DNA from: Octopus bimaculoides
Taxonomy: Eukaryota
DNA length: 64,000 bases
Assembly (NCBI RefSeq): GCF_001194135.2
Contig: NC_068982.1
Coordinates: 3,922,605-3,986,604 of the forward strand
Direction of reading: 5' to 3'
A program made the position numbers and the translations under genes. The stretch's first letter is position 1. Each line of letters starts with the position of its first letter. The notes under the pieces are model-generated. The model ran no database searches. It was given only the letters and a program-made list of their open reading frames with translations, and was not told the DNA's origin. Shown here in pieces: positions 1-11,863 of the stretch.

Positions 1-284
1 TGCTTATATATAAATCTGCAAAGGAGGCTCGTTGCCATAGAGCTTGACTGATATTCAGAATCAATCATCAATTTGTATTTTATCTTCCTCAGCTTCAGCA
101 TCTCACTGCTGTTCTTTTGGTTAATGACCAGCAACTGGTTATCATTACCACGGTTCAACAGTAGCAGCAGCAGCAGCATCTGAACAAGTTTCCTTTTAGG
201 TCCGCCCTCCCCCCCCGTTTCCGTAAGAGTGATAGCATTGAAAACTCAACATGTGCTTCCTCAGGTTACCTTAGCAGTTGACAT
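1..284 (-). CDS. Possible start of a minus-strand gene leaving the window (MSTAK | 90-nt intron | MLLLLLLLNRGNDNQ...)
   Basis: ATG at 284-282, donor AAG|GTAACC at 270/269, acceptor TTCAG| at 180; frame open from 179 to the window edge; strong upstream acceptor near 517. No recognisable homology. Confidence 0.2.
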
Positions 285-819
285 GGTTTCCAACACAAAA
301 GAGAAACTTCTTAAGACTCCTCAACATTGATTGATAATAAAGACAAATCAATTTTGGCAAACAGTAAAAGCAATTAAGACTTTCAGCAAACTTGACCACA
401 AGCTAGCAAGGGAACCTTTATCCAGTTACTTGACCTATATAACATACAGCAGTGAAATCACCTCCAGATCACAGTCTGCTGTTTTAAAACAACAAGGACA
501 CACTGGTCAGTGTAGTCTGAGATTAAAAAGAAAAGAAAAAAAGTCATCGGTCTACTTGATGAGAATTGATCTGGGACAAACTTGACCTTGGAATTTTATG
601 CTGCAGTGACCTTCCATTTCAAGACAGCTAGGTGCTTGGTTTTCTGACTTCCTGAAGAAAAAAAAGGCACCAAATGCTAATGGCTGATTGGTACTATCAA
701 TGAAATCTTGTCAAAATATTCTTCTTCCACGATTACATTGAAAGTAATACAAAAATGGTCCTAACCATTTTATTAACCGACATAGGTAATGCAACTTGCA
801 CATGTTGGTAGATCATCAT

Positions 820-1790
820 TGCAGGCAAATAGTGAGTTCCAAGTAGAAGCAACATGCAGTTATTGAGTACTTGATAAAGCTGGGATGCAAGCTGTCCAAT
901 GTCCACAGAAAGTGGTTTATGGGGATGACATCATTAACAAAAGTACTATGCACAGACGAAGAAATTTCAGTGAAATCAACAGAGGAAGACAAACCACACA
1001 AGTGGAAGAACATCGACTGCAACCATTGACATAAATCCCCAAACAGACAGACAAGTGACAGTCTGCAAGTCTTGGGAACTGGACTGTGACCCCAATGCAT
1101 TACAGAAGATGGAAGAAGAATTTGAGTATCAGAAAAAGTGCGCAAAGTGGACACCTCTGCATTTGGCACCCAATTTGAAGAAGGATAGAAGCCTGCTTTG
1201 ATATATTAGAAGCATTTGAAGCCATCTTTTACCAAACTGGTGAAAGCAATGAAACATGGGTCTACCTTTATGATTCAGAAACAAAGGCCAAGTCTATGAA
1301 ATGGCATGGCACTTCTTCTTCAAAGTCTGAGAAGATCAAGAGCCAGCTATCAACACAGAAAGTTATAATGACTATCTGTGGGGTAAACAACTGCGCCATT
1401 TTCTTAGATTTTCTGTTGCGTAGCTGTACCACGAACAGCAAGCAGGACATTGAGACAGAAATCATTAACCGGAAAAAAGACCAAATACAAATTAGAAAAT
1501 GATCTGCATTCACCCTTACAAATCATAATCCCACACATCTGTAGCAACCAATCAAGGAAGCAGTAAATTGGGCCGGTCAGTGATCCCCTATTCATCATAC
1601 AGCCTAAATCTGACGTCCTCTAACATCTCCCTAATCAATCCAATCTTGTCTTTGGGGACAACAATCTGATCACACAGAAAAAGTGAAAGTGAGTATACAG
1701 TGTACACCTGAATAGTTTCAATAGGATTACAGAGTTTGGATCAAAGATGGCACAAATGCATTACTTCTGATGGACACGGGAAATAAGTAC
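820..1790 (+). mobile_element. Degraded mariner (DD34D-type) transposase relic
   Basis: Fragments AVIEYL..VYGDDIINKSTM, KKCAKWTP, ETWVYLYDSETKAKSMKWH, SYSLNLTSSN (for YSPDLAPSD), QRWHKCI. Confidence 0.85.
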
Positions 1791-2631
1791 ACAACCAAAA
1801 AATCTAATTTAAGCAACTTATGTCGGTTAATAAAAAGTAAGGCTCACTTCTACATCATTTTATTTACAACCCTCAGACTAACAGAGAGGACTGAAAATGA
1901 AGTCAGTCAGACCCCAAGACATAGAGGTAACACTAAAGAATCGCATAAAATACAGTAAATGATATTCAAAGACAACAGAAACTGAACTCCAAATCGTCAT
2001 TATTAAAGCTTCGAGCTGGCAGAATCATTAGCGTGCTTAGTGGAATTTCATGTGCCTTTTTTTTTTTCCTTCTGAATTCAAATGCGACCGAGGTCCACTT
2101 TGTTGTTCATCTATTTGGGGGTCAATAAAATATGTACCAGTCATGCGCTAAGGTCAATGTAAACAACTAGCTCCACCCCCCACCCCGAAAATTCCAGGCA
2201 TTGTATGTATACCCCAACTCCAATAATGAGAGAAGGTATTCAATTAAGCCTTACACAACCCAAAGGACCAGCCTCAAACTCAGGATCAAGTCAGAGACTC
2301 AGGAATCCTTACTGCCTAGTAATACATCCTACGCATTTACTCCCCGACACTCTGGTATTGCAAGCTACCAGAAACGAGTCTTTGTATCTTTCTCTACTAA
2401 ATATACAAATAGTAATCTTGACATGGAAAACATCAGCTGAGCTTTATATATTTCTGCTAACAACTGAAATTCCAAAATTCATTCAACACTGCAAAACTCC
2501 TTCACTAAGAAAATAGCTTCGGCTCAAGCAGCTAAGCTACCAGGAATGATGGATCCCAAGTTTTGAAGCTCTTTTCCCTAAACTAGAGAAATAACATCTC
2601 CATTCAAACAATTAAACAGAAGAAGGAGACA

Positions 2632-2815
2632 TCATCATCATCATCATTTAACATCCATTTCCCATGCTGGTATGGGTTGGACGGCTTGATAGGAAATGGC
2701 AAGGCCACACCAGGTTCTATAGTCTATTTTGGCATAGTTTCTATAGCTGGATGCCCTCCCTGATGCCAGCCACTTTATAGAATATACTGGGTACCTTTTA
2801 CATGGCACCAAACAG
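2632..2815 (-). mobile_element. Short RTE 3'-end copy ((GAT)n-tailed)
   Basis: Matches the 3' UTR at 53905-54100. Confidence 0.8.
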
Positions 2816-3844
2816 AGTTTCATGATTCTGTTATATTGTCAAATGAACAAGGAACTGAAAGATACTCTCAACTAATGACAATTGATCAAAGAGACATTAC
2901 AACAATCACCAGCATTTAAAGGGCTCCATTTATTTATCAACACAATGAACGCTGAGGTCTATCAAAGATTTCAAACATGGCCTAGATAAGATTTCCTGTG
3001 TCCCAGAGCTGCCATCTTCAGCAGGATATCATCAGTATAGAGTTACCTCTATCCAGCTACTCATTCCTTCACCAACTACACACACACACACTGCAAAACC
3101 TAAAGTACAAACACTATAAAACATGATACAGTGCACAGAACATTGCTCCAGCATAGGCAAAACTCAATGTTTCAACAAACCAATTAAAGAACAAATATCA
3201 AAAGAAGTTTTAAATCGTTATCTCCAATGTGAATTTGAAAAATAAAAGAACAACAAAGAGTCGGGGCGACAGGAAACGGTAACCATTGAAGCAGAAATAC
3301 CTGTCCAATTTATTTACCATAGTTAAACGAGCATCTAATTTTAAAAAACATGTGTTGTAAACGTGGAGCTAAATTATTTACTCAAGCCCACAACCTACCT
3401 CTTACAAAATACAATAACAAAAATAGGCAACAAGTAATTTTCTCTAACGTATCTATCATATAATATGTAATCAATAGAGAGTAGTTGTGAAGATCAGCTT
3501 TGAACTGTTGATAGAGAATGCTCTAATTCAGTTAATATCCATTAACCGTAAAATGATAATCAACAAAAAAGTTGTTGGTCTTGTTAGCCGTTAATCAACT
3601 AATTTATAATAAGACAGTCTCGATATAGAAAGAAGTAAAGAAATAAGGCACTTGCTCACATGATAATAGATATAAGAGTGATGTGAATAATCTAAAAGAT
3701 GACGTCAGCAGTGTTGTTCTGTTGCAGTGTGTACAAAAACAGTGAGTGAGTGTGTGTGTGTGTGTGTGTGTGCTGACGATCAGCTGGTAAAATAAGCATG
3801 TTTAGGTTTTAACGATTAGGGGCATCTGTTACATGAATATATAT

Positions 3845-4228
3845 TCTTTTATTCTTCCATCTGTTTCAGTTATTTTGACTGCGGCCATACTGGAGCACCA
3901 GCTTTAGTCGGATAAATCTACCCCGGGGACTTATTCTTTGTAAGCCTAGTACTTATTCTATCAGGCTCTTTTTGCTGAACCGCTAAATTAGGGGATGTAA
4001 ACACATCAGGATCGGCTGTCAAGCAATGCTAGGGGAACAAACACAAACAACAAACACATACATATACATATATATATGACGGGCTTCCTTCAGTTTCCGT
4101 CTACCAAATCCACTCACAAAGCTTTGGTCGGCCTGAGGCTATAGCAGAAGACACTTGCCAAGGTGCCACTGAGTGGGAATAAACCCAGAACCATGTGGTT
4201 CGTAAGCAAGCTACTTACCACAAAGCCA
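3845..4228 (-). mobile_element. tRNA-derived SINE family B (~400 bp, CORE-like CACCTTGGGCAAGTGTCTT segment)
   Basis: Head GCTGTGTGGTAAGAAGCTTGCTTCCCAACC..GGGTTCAGTCCC, internal (TA/TG)n tract, 3' end CAGCATGGCCGCAGTCAAATGACTGAAAC. Confidence 0.85.
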
Positions 4229-4349
4229 CACACACACACACACACACACACCCACACACCCCACCCACACACACACCCACACACACCCACACCCACCCCA
4301 CACCCACAATTTGCTTGTTTGTTTTTATGTCAAGTTATATATTATTTTA

Positions 4350-4712
4350 TTTTTCATTTGTTTCAGTCATTTGACAGCGGCCATGCTGGAGCACCGCATT
4401 TAGTCGAACAAATCAACCCCCAGGACTTATTCTTTGCAAACCTAGTATTTATTTTATCGGTATCTTTTACCGAACCGCTAGGTTACGGGGACGTAAACAC
4501 ACCAACATCAGTTGTCAAGCGATGGTGAGGGGACAGACATATACATACATATATATATGTATATATACGATGAACTTCTTTCAGTTTTCATCTACCAAAT
4601 CCACTGAGGTTATAGTAGAAGACACTTGCCCAAGGTGCCACGCAGTGGGACTGAACTCAGAACCATGTGATTGGTAAGCAAGCTTCTTACAACACAGCCA
4701 CATCTGCGCCTA
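4350..4712 (-). mobile_element. SINE family B
   Basis: Same consensus. Confidence 0.85.
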
Positions 4713-4825
4713 TAAAAAAATGAATTTAATGTGAAACAGAATTGATACATTTTTAATAGTGAATGTTTATCAAACTTTCACAAGAGGAACAACAATCACC
4801 ACTTGTAAATGAGTGAGGGGGGGAG

Positions 4826-5522
4826 GCTGTATGAGTAAGAAGTTTGCTTTTCCCAACCACATGGCTCTGGGTTCAGGCCAACTGCTTGGCACTTTGGGCA
4901 AGTATCATCTTCTATAGCACTGGGCTGACCAAAGCCTTGAGAGTGGATTTTCTGGACAGAAACTGAAGAAGTCAATTGTGTGTGTCTTTGTGTCTGTCCC
5001 CCACCACTGACTGGCTGGTGTTGGTTTGTTCACGTCCCTTTGATGCAGCAGTTTTGCAAAGGAGACTGATAGAATAAGTACCAGGCTTAACCAAGAAACA
5101 AATACCGGTGCCAATTCAATCTATTACAGATTCTTCAAGGAAGTGCTCCCGCATGTGTATGTGTGTGTGTAGGCACAAGCATGGCTGTGTGGTGAGAAGC
5201 TTGCTTCCCAATCACATGGTTCTGGGTTCAGTCCAACAGTGTGGTTGACCAAAGCTTCAGGCTGGCCAAAGCCCTGAGTGGATTTAAAAGATAGAAACTG
5301 AAAGAAGCTAGTCATATGTGTGTGTGTGTGTGTGTGTGTGTTTGTCCCCCACCAACACTTGACATCCAATGGTGTGTTTACATCCCCATAACTTAGCGGT
5401 TCAGCAAAAAGAGACCGATAGAATAAGTACTAGGCTTGCAAAGAATAAGTCCTGGGGCCAATTTGTTCAACTAAAGGCAGTGCTCCAGCATGGCCACAGT
5501 CAAATGACTGAAACAAATAAAA
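4826..5522 (+). mobile_element. Two adjacent SINE family B copies (4826-5150, 5168-5522)
   Basis: Same consensus. Confidence 0.8.
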
Positions 5523-5662
5523 GTGTGTGTGTGTGTGTGTGTGTGTGTGGACTGTGAGATTGAGAAAGACAGTAAAGGGGTGTATGGGGAGTATATCTTG
5601 AAAATATTTTTGATTTGGTCTTAAATTGAATAACATACCGAGTACAGGACAACATAGCTCTA

Positions 5663-6085
5663 CTATTCTATATTTTTGAGATGAAGAATTATGTCCATTA
5701 TTTACCATGGATGGACAGGTGTCCTCATCTGGCTTGTTATCACAATGTTTCGGCTGATTTACTCTCCAGCCTTCATCAGGTGTCTCCTGGGGGAATTTTG
5801 AACCCAACCCTCTATTTGTCTAACATGGTACACTGTTTTCATTCGTAAGGTATTTTTGTTTAGCTTATATTATTTTTGCTGTTGATATTATTTTTGAAGT
5901 CCCTGCCTGGGATTGAACTCAGAATCTGAGGGTTTGTAGCCCACGCTCTTATCCACTATGCTATATGCCCATGGGCACAAAGAGTTGGGTTTGAAATTCC
6001 ATCAGAACACCTGATGAAGACTGGAGAGTACACCAGCCAAAACACTGTGATAACAACAAAGTGAGGACACCTAATCCGTCTGTTG
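5663..6085 (-). mobile_element. Older H1-related element, minus monomer plus inverted plus-strand arm
   Basis: Diverged copy of the tRNA head (ends near 5970) and two degenerate hammerhead cores (5745-5790 minus, 6006-6050 plus). Confidence 0.75.
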
Positions 6086-6177
6086 TAAGCTCTAGTCAGT
6101 AAAGTTGACACATTGTAAAGTGCCAGATCATGAAAAATAGAGCAGGTGATTTATTGAGAAACAAACTTCTAAAACTA

Positions 6178-6980
6178 TACGCTAAACCCTCACCAGGTCA
6201 TGGTTCACCTATCGCTTCCTCAGTACAATGCAGATATTTCTGGCTAATATATGTAAATATATATCGCAGACTCCTCAGTATATCACAGGTTTCTGTGGCC
6301 GATAGGTATTTATATTTTTTTAGATTTTAATTATTTCTGTGGTTAAATAAGCATTTCCATGCCTAAAGATTAATAAATTAATAAATAAAAATACAGTACA
6401 GTACTGCACTGTGTAACACATTAATTAAAATATATTAAAAGAAAATACGTAATGTACCGTAGATGAGTAAACAAAGAATCGCACATACTGTATGGGAAAC
6501 GAAACTTGGGAGGAGAGTGTGTGGTATTGTTTTGCATTTATAATAAATTAAATATATACAAATTATAAAAATAATAATAATAAATATATACATTGTAATT
6601 GTGATACCCATACCAGTGGCACGTAAAAAGCACCATCCGAACGTGGCCGATGCCAGCGCCGCCTTGACTGGCTTCCGTGGCACGTAAAAAGCACCCACTA
6701 CACTCACGGAGTGGTTGGCATTAGGAAGGGTATCCAGCTGTAGAAAACCTGTCAGATCAGACTGGAGCCTGGTGCAGCCTCCTGGCTTCCCAGACCCCAG
6801 TCGAACTGTCCAACCCATGCCAGTATGGAAAACAGACGTTAAACGATGATGATGATGATGATATATAAATTATAAGAATAATAAAAAATATATACAGCAC
6901 TGCTTCTATTTCACAGATTTTCACCTATCGCGAGGGAGCGGGGTTTGGAATGTAACACCCGCGATAGTCAAGGGATGACT
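6178..6980. mobile_element. Tigger/pogo-like MITE with a nested RTE copy
   Basis: TTCACCTATCGC at both ends; right end ...ACACCCGCGATAGTCAAGGGATGACTG. Confidence 0.6.
6612..6865 (+). mobile_element. Short RTE 3'-end copy nested in a Tigger-like MITE
   Basis: GGCACGTAAAAAGCACC units, then AGGAAGGGTATCCAGCTG...GTTAAACGATGATGAT. Confidence 0.85.
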
Positions 6981-7609
6981 GGAAATCATAAAACGAGTAT
7001 AGTAGATGGATGGTCGTGACACTGGTAACATCCAATCTGAAGTAATGGAGTGTTACTCATTTCATGGTCATTAATAAAAGTTGTTGTGTGGTTACTTGCA
7101 AGAAGAAATTAATTACGTGAATTATTTTCCTGTAATACAGCAGATGAGGCATAATTAACTTGAATAGTAAATAGACGAGAAATAAATTTCCCCTTGGATA
7201 AGTGGATTACAATGAACAATATCAATAATTGCCGATTGAGATAGAGAGACGAAAAAACACCATGCCACAGCTGTAGAAGTTACTGATGAGACGTGCGAAT
7301 GCTCAGTTTGGTCTGTCCAAGAACCTGGAGTTGTATCTCTAAATGTCCAGAACCGTCTGCATGGCAAGAGTGAAGGCGTGGGAACCAGCGGGTGAGCTGC
7401 CTTCAACACACAGTGATCGAATGAGCACCAAAGAAAGGTTTTTATAGGGGACATGAAGTCAAATTTCAGAACATTTAAGAAAACCATATCACACCACAAC
7501 CTCATTGGTCAATTTATAGACCAATCACATGAAATTGTGGTGGTTCACTCATGGTGTTTGATCAAGTATATAGCCGTTAAGTTTGAAATGTCCGCTACCA
7601 CTTCATCCT

Positions 7610-7883
7610 ACAGTTCTATTTTTAAGAGATGAGGAATTATGTACATTATTTACATTTGACAGATATTTGTCCTCATCTTGTTTGTTATTAACACAACGTT
7701 TCGGCTGATATACCCTCCAGCCTTCATCACGTGTCTTGGGGAAATCAAAAAATACCTTAGGAATGAGAACCCAGGTTTGAAACTTCCCCAAGACACCTGA
7801 TGAAGGCTGGAGGGTATATCAGCCGAAACGTTGTGTTAATAACAAACAAGATGAAGACAAATATCCATCAATTGTAAATAATG
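7610..7883. mobile_element. Hammerhead-bearing PLE-type non-autonomous element, inverted arm pair (family H1)
   Basis: Minus arm 7610-7745 starts with CAGTTCTA; plus arm ends at AATAATG(TA). Flanked by the direct repeat TACCACTTCATCCT (7596-7609, 7884-7897). Confidence 0.85.
7792..7837 (+). ncRNA. Minimal type I hammerhead ribozyme motif (H1), intact core
   Basis: GACAC-CTGATGA-A-GGCTG(10-nt loop)CAGCC-GAAA-CGT-T-GTGTT: stem I GACAC/GTGTT, 5-bp stem II, palindromic loopless stem III (AACGTT), GUU cleavage triplet. Confidence 0.8.
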
Positions 7884-10398
7884 TACCACTTCATCCTGTA
7901 TCCACAGTCACATCAGGGTGTCCAAGATTCACCCAATACATGGCACTTTAGCTGAATGCTTTTGTTTTACAGTTTGTTTGTTTTTTTTTTAACCACACAT
8001 TTTAATCTGAACGTGGTGTATGAAAACTATGCTTGTCAAAAGACAAGCATTTTAAACTTCCAATAAAATCTGTGTGTGTGTCTAAATTTCAGTATATGAT
8101 TAAAGGATATAATCACTGCTGGGGGAAAAAAAAGAACTGGTGTTCTTCCAACAAAAACCATCAAATAGACACACCATTGCCATCCTCACCATCAGAAGTC
8201 CTGTGAAGCCATGATTGGAAATCTATATCCAACAACATTCTGGTTCAAAAATTATGATATAATAAATAAGAAAATATGAAAAAAAAAAAAGACAAGCATT
8301 TTAAACTTCCAATAAAATCAACTGCAAGAAATACCTGTAGCTCAAAATTTCACAGTTAATTAATGAATGACAAGATTCTTTATAAAATCACAGAAATTCT
8401 TGATCAGCAACACCAACAGCCTGAACCAACATTTAGCATCTAACTTGTGTTTTCCTCAATGTCATTATGGTAAAGCATTGCAGGAATTTTATAGTTTGAT
8501 CAGAAACCACTTAAAGGGATATTTGAATAGTCCGTCTGTCTTGTGCAGATGGACTATTCAAATATTTCTCCAATCAAGTAATTTACACAGAGAATGCAAA
8601 GAACTAGGCAGTGGGGAGAAAAGAAAAGCATCTATTTTCAGACAATGTAAAGAGAAGACATATCTGTCAAAATGCTAATGGTTCTAAAGAGTTGAGGAAA
8701 TTACTGAATTGTTTGCTTCTGTCCATGAAAACAATCATTGGCACCGATAATCATTTATATTCAGCCATGATATAATGGGAGCCTGTAGTAATATGGCTAA
8801 AGACAACGGCAAACTACTAAATGATATTTAGGGCATTTGTACATTGTGTTCAAGAATGTAAAACATAGCAAATAATTGATCGACACACACTAAAGAATCA
8901 AGACTAAAAAAACAAAAATGGAATAATTATTAATACGACAGGCTGCAGTTGGGAATACTGGTGCCTGGGGCTAGTGTTTAATTCTGGTTTCTAGACAACC
9001 ACTCCCATAAAAACAATTACTGTTAAGTCAATAGCTTCAAACAAAATAACTAAGCAAAAAGAAAAATCTGAACATTAAAAAAAAATTATGTGAGATGGAT
9101 AATGGAGACAGGGAAATATTTTTATGGATATATATAAAAAAAAAAAAATTTTCAATCAAAACAAAAAAATCAAAATTATGGATTTTTTTTTCTTAGGTTC
9201 TGGTACTCAAGTTACAAGATTCTGTGTTTTAATGAGACTTGAACAAGCATTCCTATACTTCATTCCTGTCCTATCATACTGTATTGCCAAAAGAATGCTA
9301 CCATATCAAATGCCATATCAGCATAGAATTTGATGTACTAAAACCAATGCCTGCTATTATCTAACCCAGTGACCTATGAACCCCTTTGTGACCTATGAAC
9401 CCTTTTGATTCCCATTTTACTTGGTTCAACCCTCATACACATTCAATGCTTTCAAAAATCCTATATTTTTATGATTAAATATTATTAGCAACTGTATAAA
9501 AAAATTTTGCTAAAATATTTTCTGTATCAGTAGTATGACCAGTTTATTGGACATAAATCTTATGTGGCAAAAATCTTATGTGAACTCCCAAGGGTCATGT
9601 GGACCCCGACTGAGAACCCCTATGTGATATCAATATAGCACATGGACATTTCCAGAGTTCTTATAACAATGTGATAATGTGACTGCCCCATCTCACCTAT
9701 ACCACACTAAAAATCACAAATATATTTTGCCAATTTTGTTCTTTTACATTTAAATATAATATTACTCGTCCAATTTTAAATTAAATTACTCACAATGTAC
9801 GCAAGAAAATATAATGTTCTATAACTTAGATTGGCCAAAATACTGTAACCAAATAGTTACATGTGTAATTAAAACTGGTGATAATACTAATAACAATTTT
9901 AAAAAAGCAAGTTATTTTGGCATTTATACCCCAAGTATAGATTCCTAATATTAATCTGGTACACGTTCTGTGAATCCTGGAAAGATGAAACTCTTTCCCC
10001 GACAGATTTGAACTTATAACTAAATATGGAACTACAATCTCTAATGAAAATCATTTTTTAGATTAGCAAAAAGATCAAATAGGAGATTAGGGTAATCAAT
10101 AGAATTAAATAATGGTCGGCTGATAATTTATTGTAATGACCATGAAGATTTTGAGAGATATTCACTAACGGTCAGGAACATTTGAACTAAGAATGGCTGA
10201 GAGACAAAACTGATTCCATTTCATCACCCTACCACATTTATGCAATTCAAAAACAACACTACCATTATTGATTCTTGACCAACCTACCTGAAACTGCCCT
10301 ATATTCTATGATATAAACATCCTGTTTTAAAGCAATCAAAATTAAAACCTGTCATCAAAATGTCAAATTCCAGACTCCATCTTAATAATGACAAAGTT

Positions 10399-10634
10399 CA
10401 GTTCTAGTAGTGGTTAAGAACGCAGACTACTAACCCCAAGATTCTGAGTTCGATTCCAAGTAGTGACCTGAATAATAATAATAATAATAACAACATTGAA
10501 AAATACCTTAGGAATGAGAACCCAGGTTTGAAATTTCCCCAAGACACCTGATGAAGGCTGGAGGGTGTATCAGCCCAAACGTTGTGTTAACAACAAACAA
10601 GATGAAGACAAATATACGTCAAATGTAAATAATG
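10399..10634 (+). mobile_element. H1 element (tRNA head to hammerhead; G12 mutated)
   Basis: Inverted tip CAGTTCTA, then the head. Direct repeat AATAATGA(C/T)AAAGTT at 10384-10398 and 10628-10642. Confidence 0.85.
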
Positions 10635-10736
10635 ATAAAGTTATTTTACCATCATCATCATCATCGTTTAACGTCCGCTTTCCATGCTAGCATGGGTTGG
10701 ATAATTTGACTGAGGACTGGCGAACCAGATGGCTGC

Positions 10737-10863
10737 ACCAGAAGTAGAGTAATATGCTTTATTAATAAAGCTGCAAAGACATCAACCAAAACTGTCCGAC
10801 GAATGGGAACGTGAAACTCTGAGTAACAGTTTTTGTGATGTCTTTACAGCTTTATTAATAAAG
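10737..10863 (+). mobile_element. Second hammerhead-bearing inverted-arm element (family H2)
   Basis: 28-bp inverted arms (10757-10784, 10836-10863) flank a hammerhead-like core; the family recurs at 63575-63810. Confidence 0.7.
10788..10833 (+). ncRNA. Type I hammerhead-like motif with CCGACGA (U4C) core (H2)
   Basis: AAAACTGT-CCGACGA-ATGGGAACGT-GAAA-CTCTGAG-TA-ACAGTTTT: perfect 8-bp stem I, 2-bp stem II, near-palindromic stem III, GUA cleavage triplet. Confidence 0.6.
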
Positions 10864-11863
10864 TGTGCGCATGTGTGTGTGTGTAATTTAAAATATAAAT
10901 AATAAACCATAAAATAAATTATTCTTCAAAATAAAATAAAATTAACAGCAAGATGGAAAATAATATTTATTTTTGTATACTTCCACTTGATATTAAAAAA
11001 AGTTACTCTCCTACTTTCTTTAATTTCAAAATCTTTCATCAGATCCTCACCATGACACCATAAACACTTTGAAATTATATTTCCCATCACACAAACCATT
11101 TTGAATATTATTATTATTATTAAAGTGATTTCTTTTGTACTGTAAACCCTTTACTATTTCTGTGGTACCCCATCCATTCCTTTGATGCCCTAATCATGCG
11201 CTTATTTTGCATAACAGTTAATGCAGCACTTGTAAGCATTATTTCTGACAGGGTTTGAAATCAAAAATCTGAAGTAATGAACAAATGACATGTACATTAT
11301 TTCGAACCACAGCAGCATCAGCATCCCTGAGATTTTTTCATCTGGTACTCTTGATGTAGATGCTGACTCAATTGCTAAATACTACGTCATATTTAATAAA
11401 TAGATAAGATTATCTGAACCAAACACTTGTTGAGTTTAATTACCATTGTTATGATTGTATTATTATTTAGTTACAGAAATAGTGAGAACAGTATTCAGCC
11501 AGATAAATATCTAGACACCTGACATACAGAGATTATTCCAACAGCAATGCAGCTATCCGATTAATTTCAACATTAAGAAGAAGAAAAAAACGTCCCAACC
11601 ACCACTACCACTAGAGAAACCGTCGTCAACAGAAGCAGTAGCTGCAAGGAAGATTATTGTATTTTCAACTACTTAACTGGGTTTATCTGAAAATAACAAT
11701 GAGTTAACTCTCGAGGGTTTTATACCAGCGTGTGTGCGTGCGTGCGTGTGTGTGTATATACACTCATACTTTGTACACTTTATGTGTCATGGCTGAGGAG
11801 AGTTTTAATTCAAGATATTTTTCTTATTCATAAATTAACATTTCAAATTAATAAGCATTTTCA

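Noticed and set aside
6925-6967. CpG-rich hairpin CTATCGCG...CGCGATAG
   Set aside because: Explained as the subterminal region of the Tigger-like MITE.
7155-7525. 116-aa minus ORF beside inverted CCAAT boxes (7504-7525)
   Set aside because: No domain motif or splice context; too weak to call.
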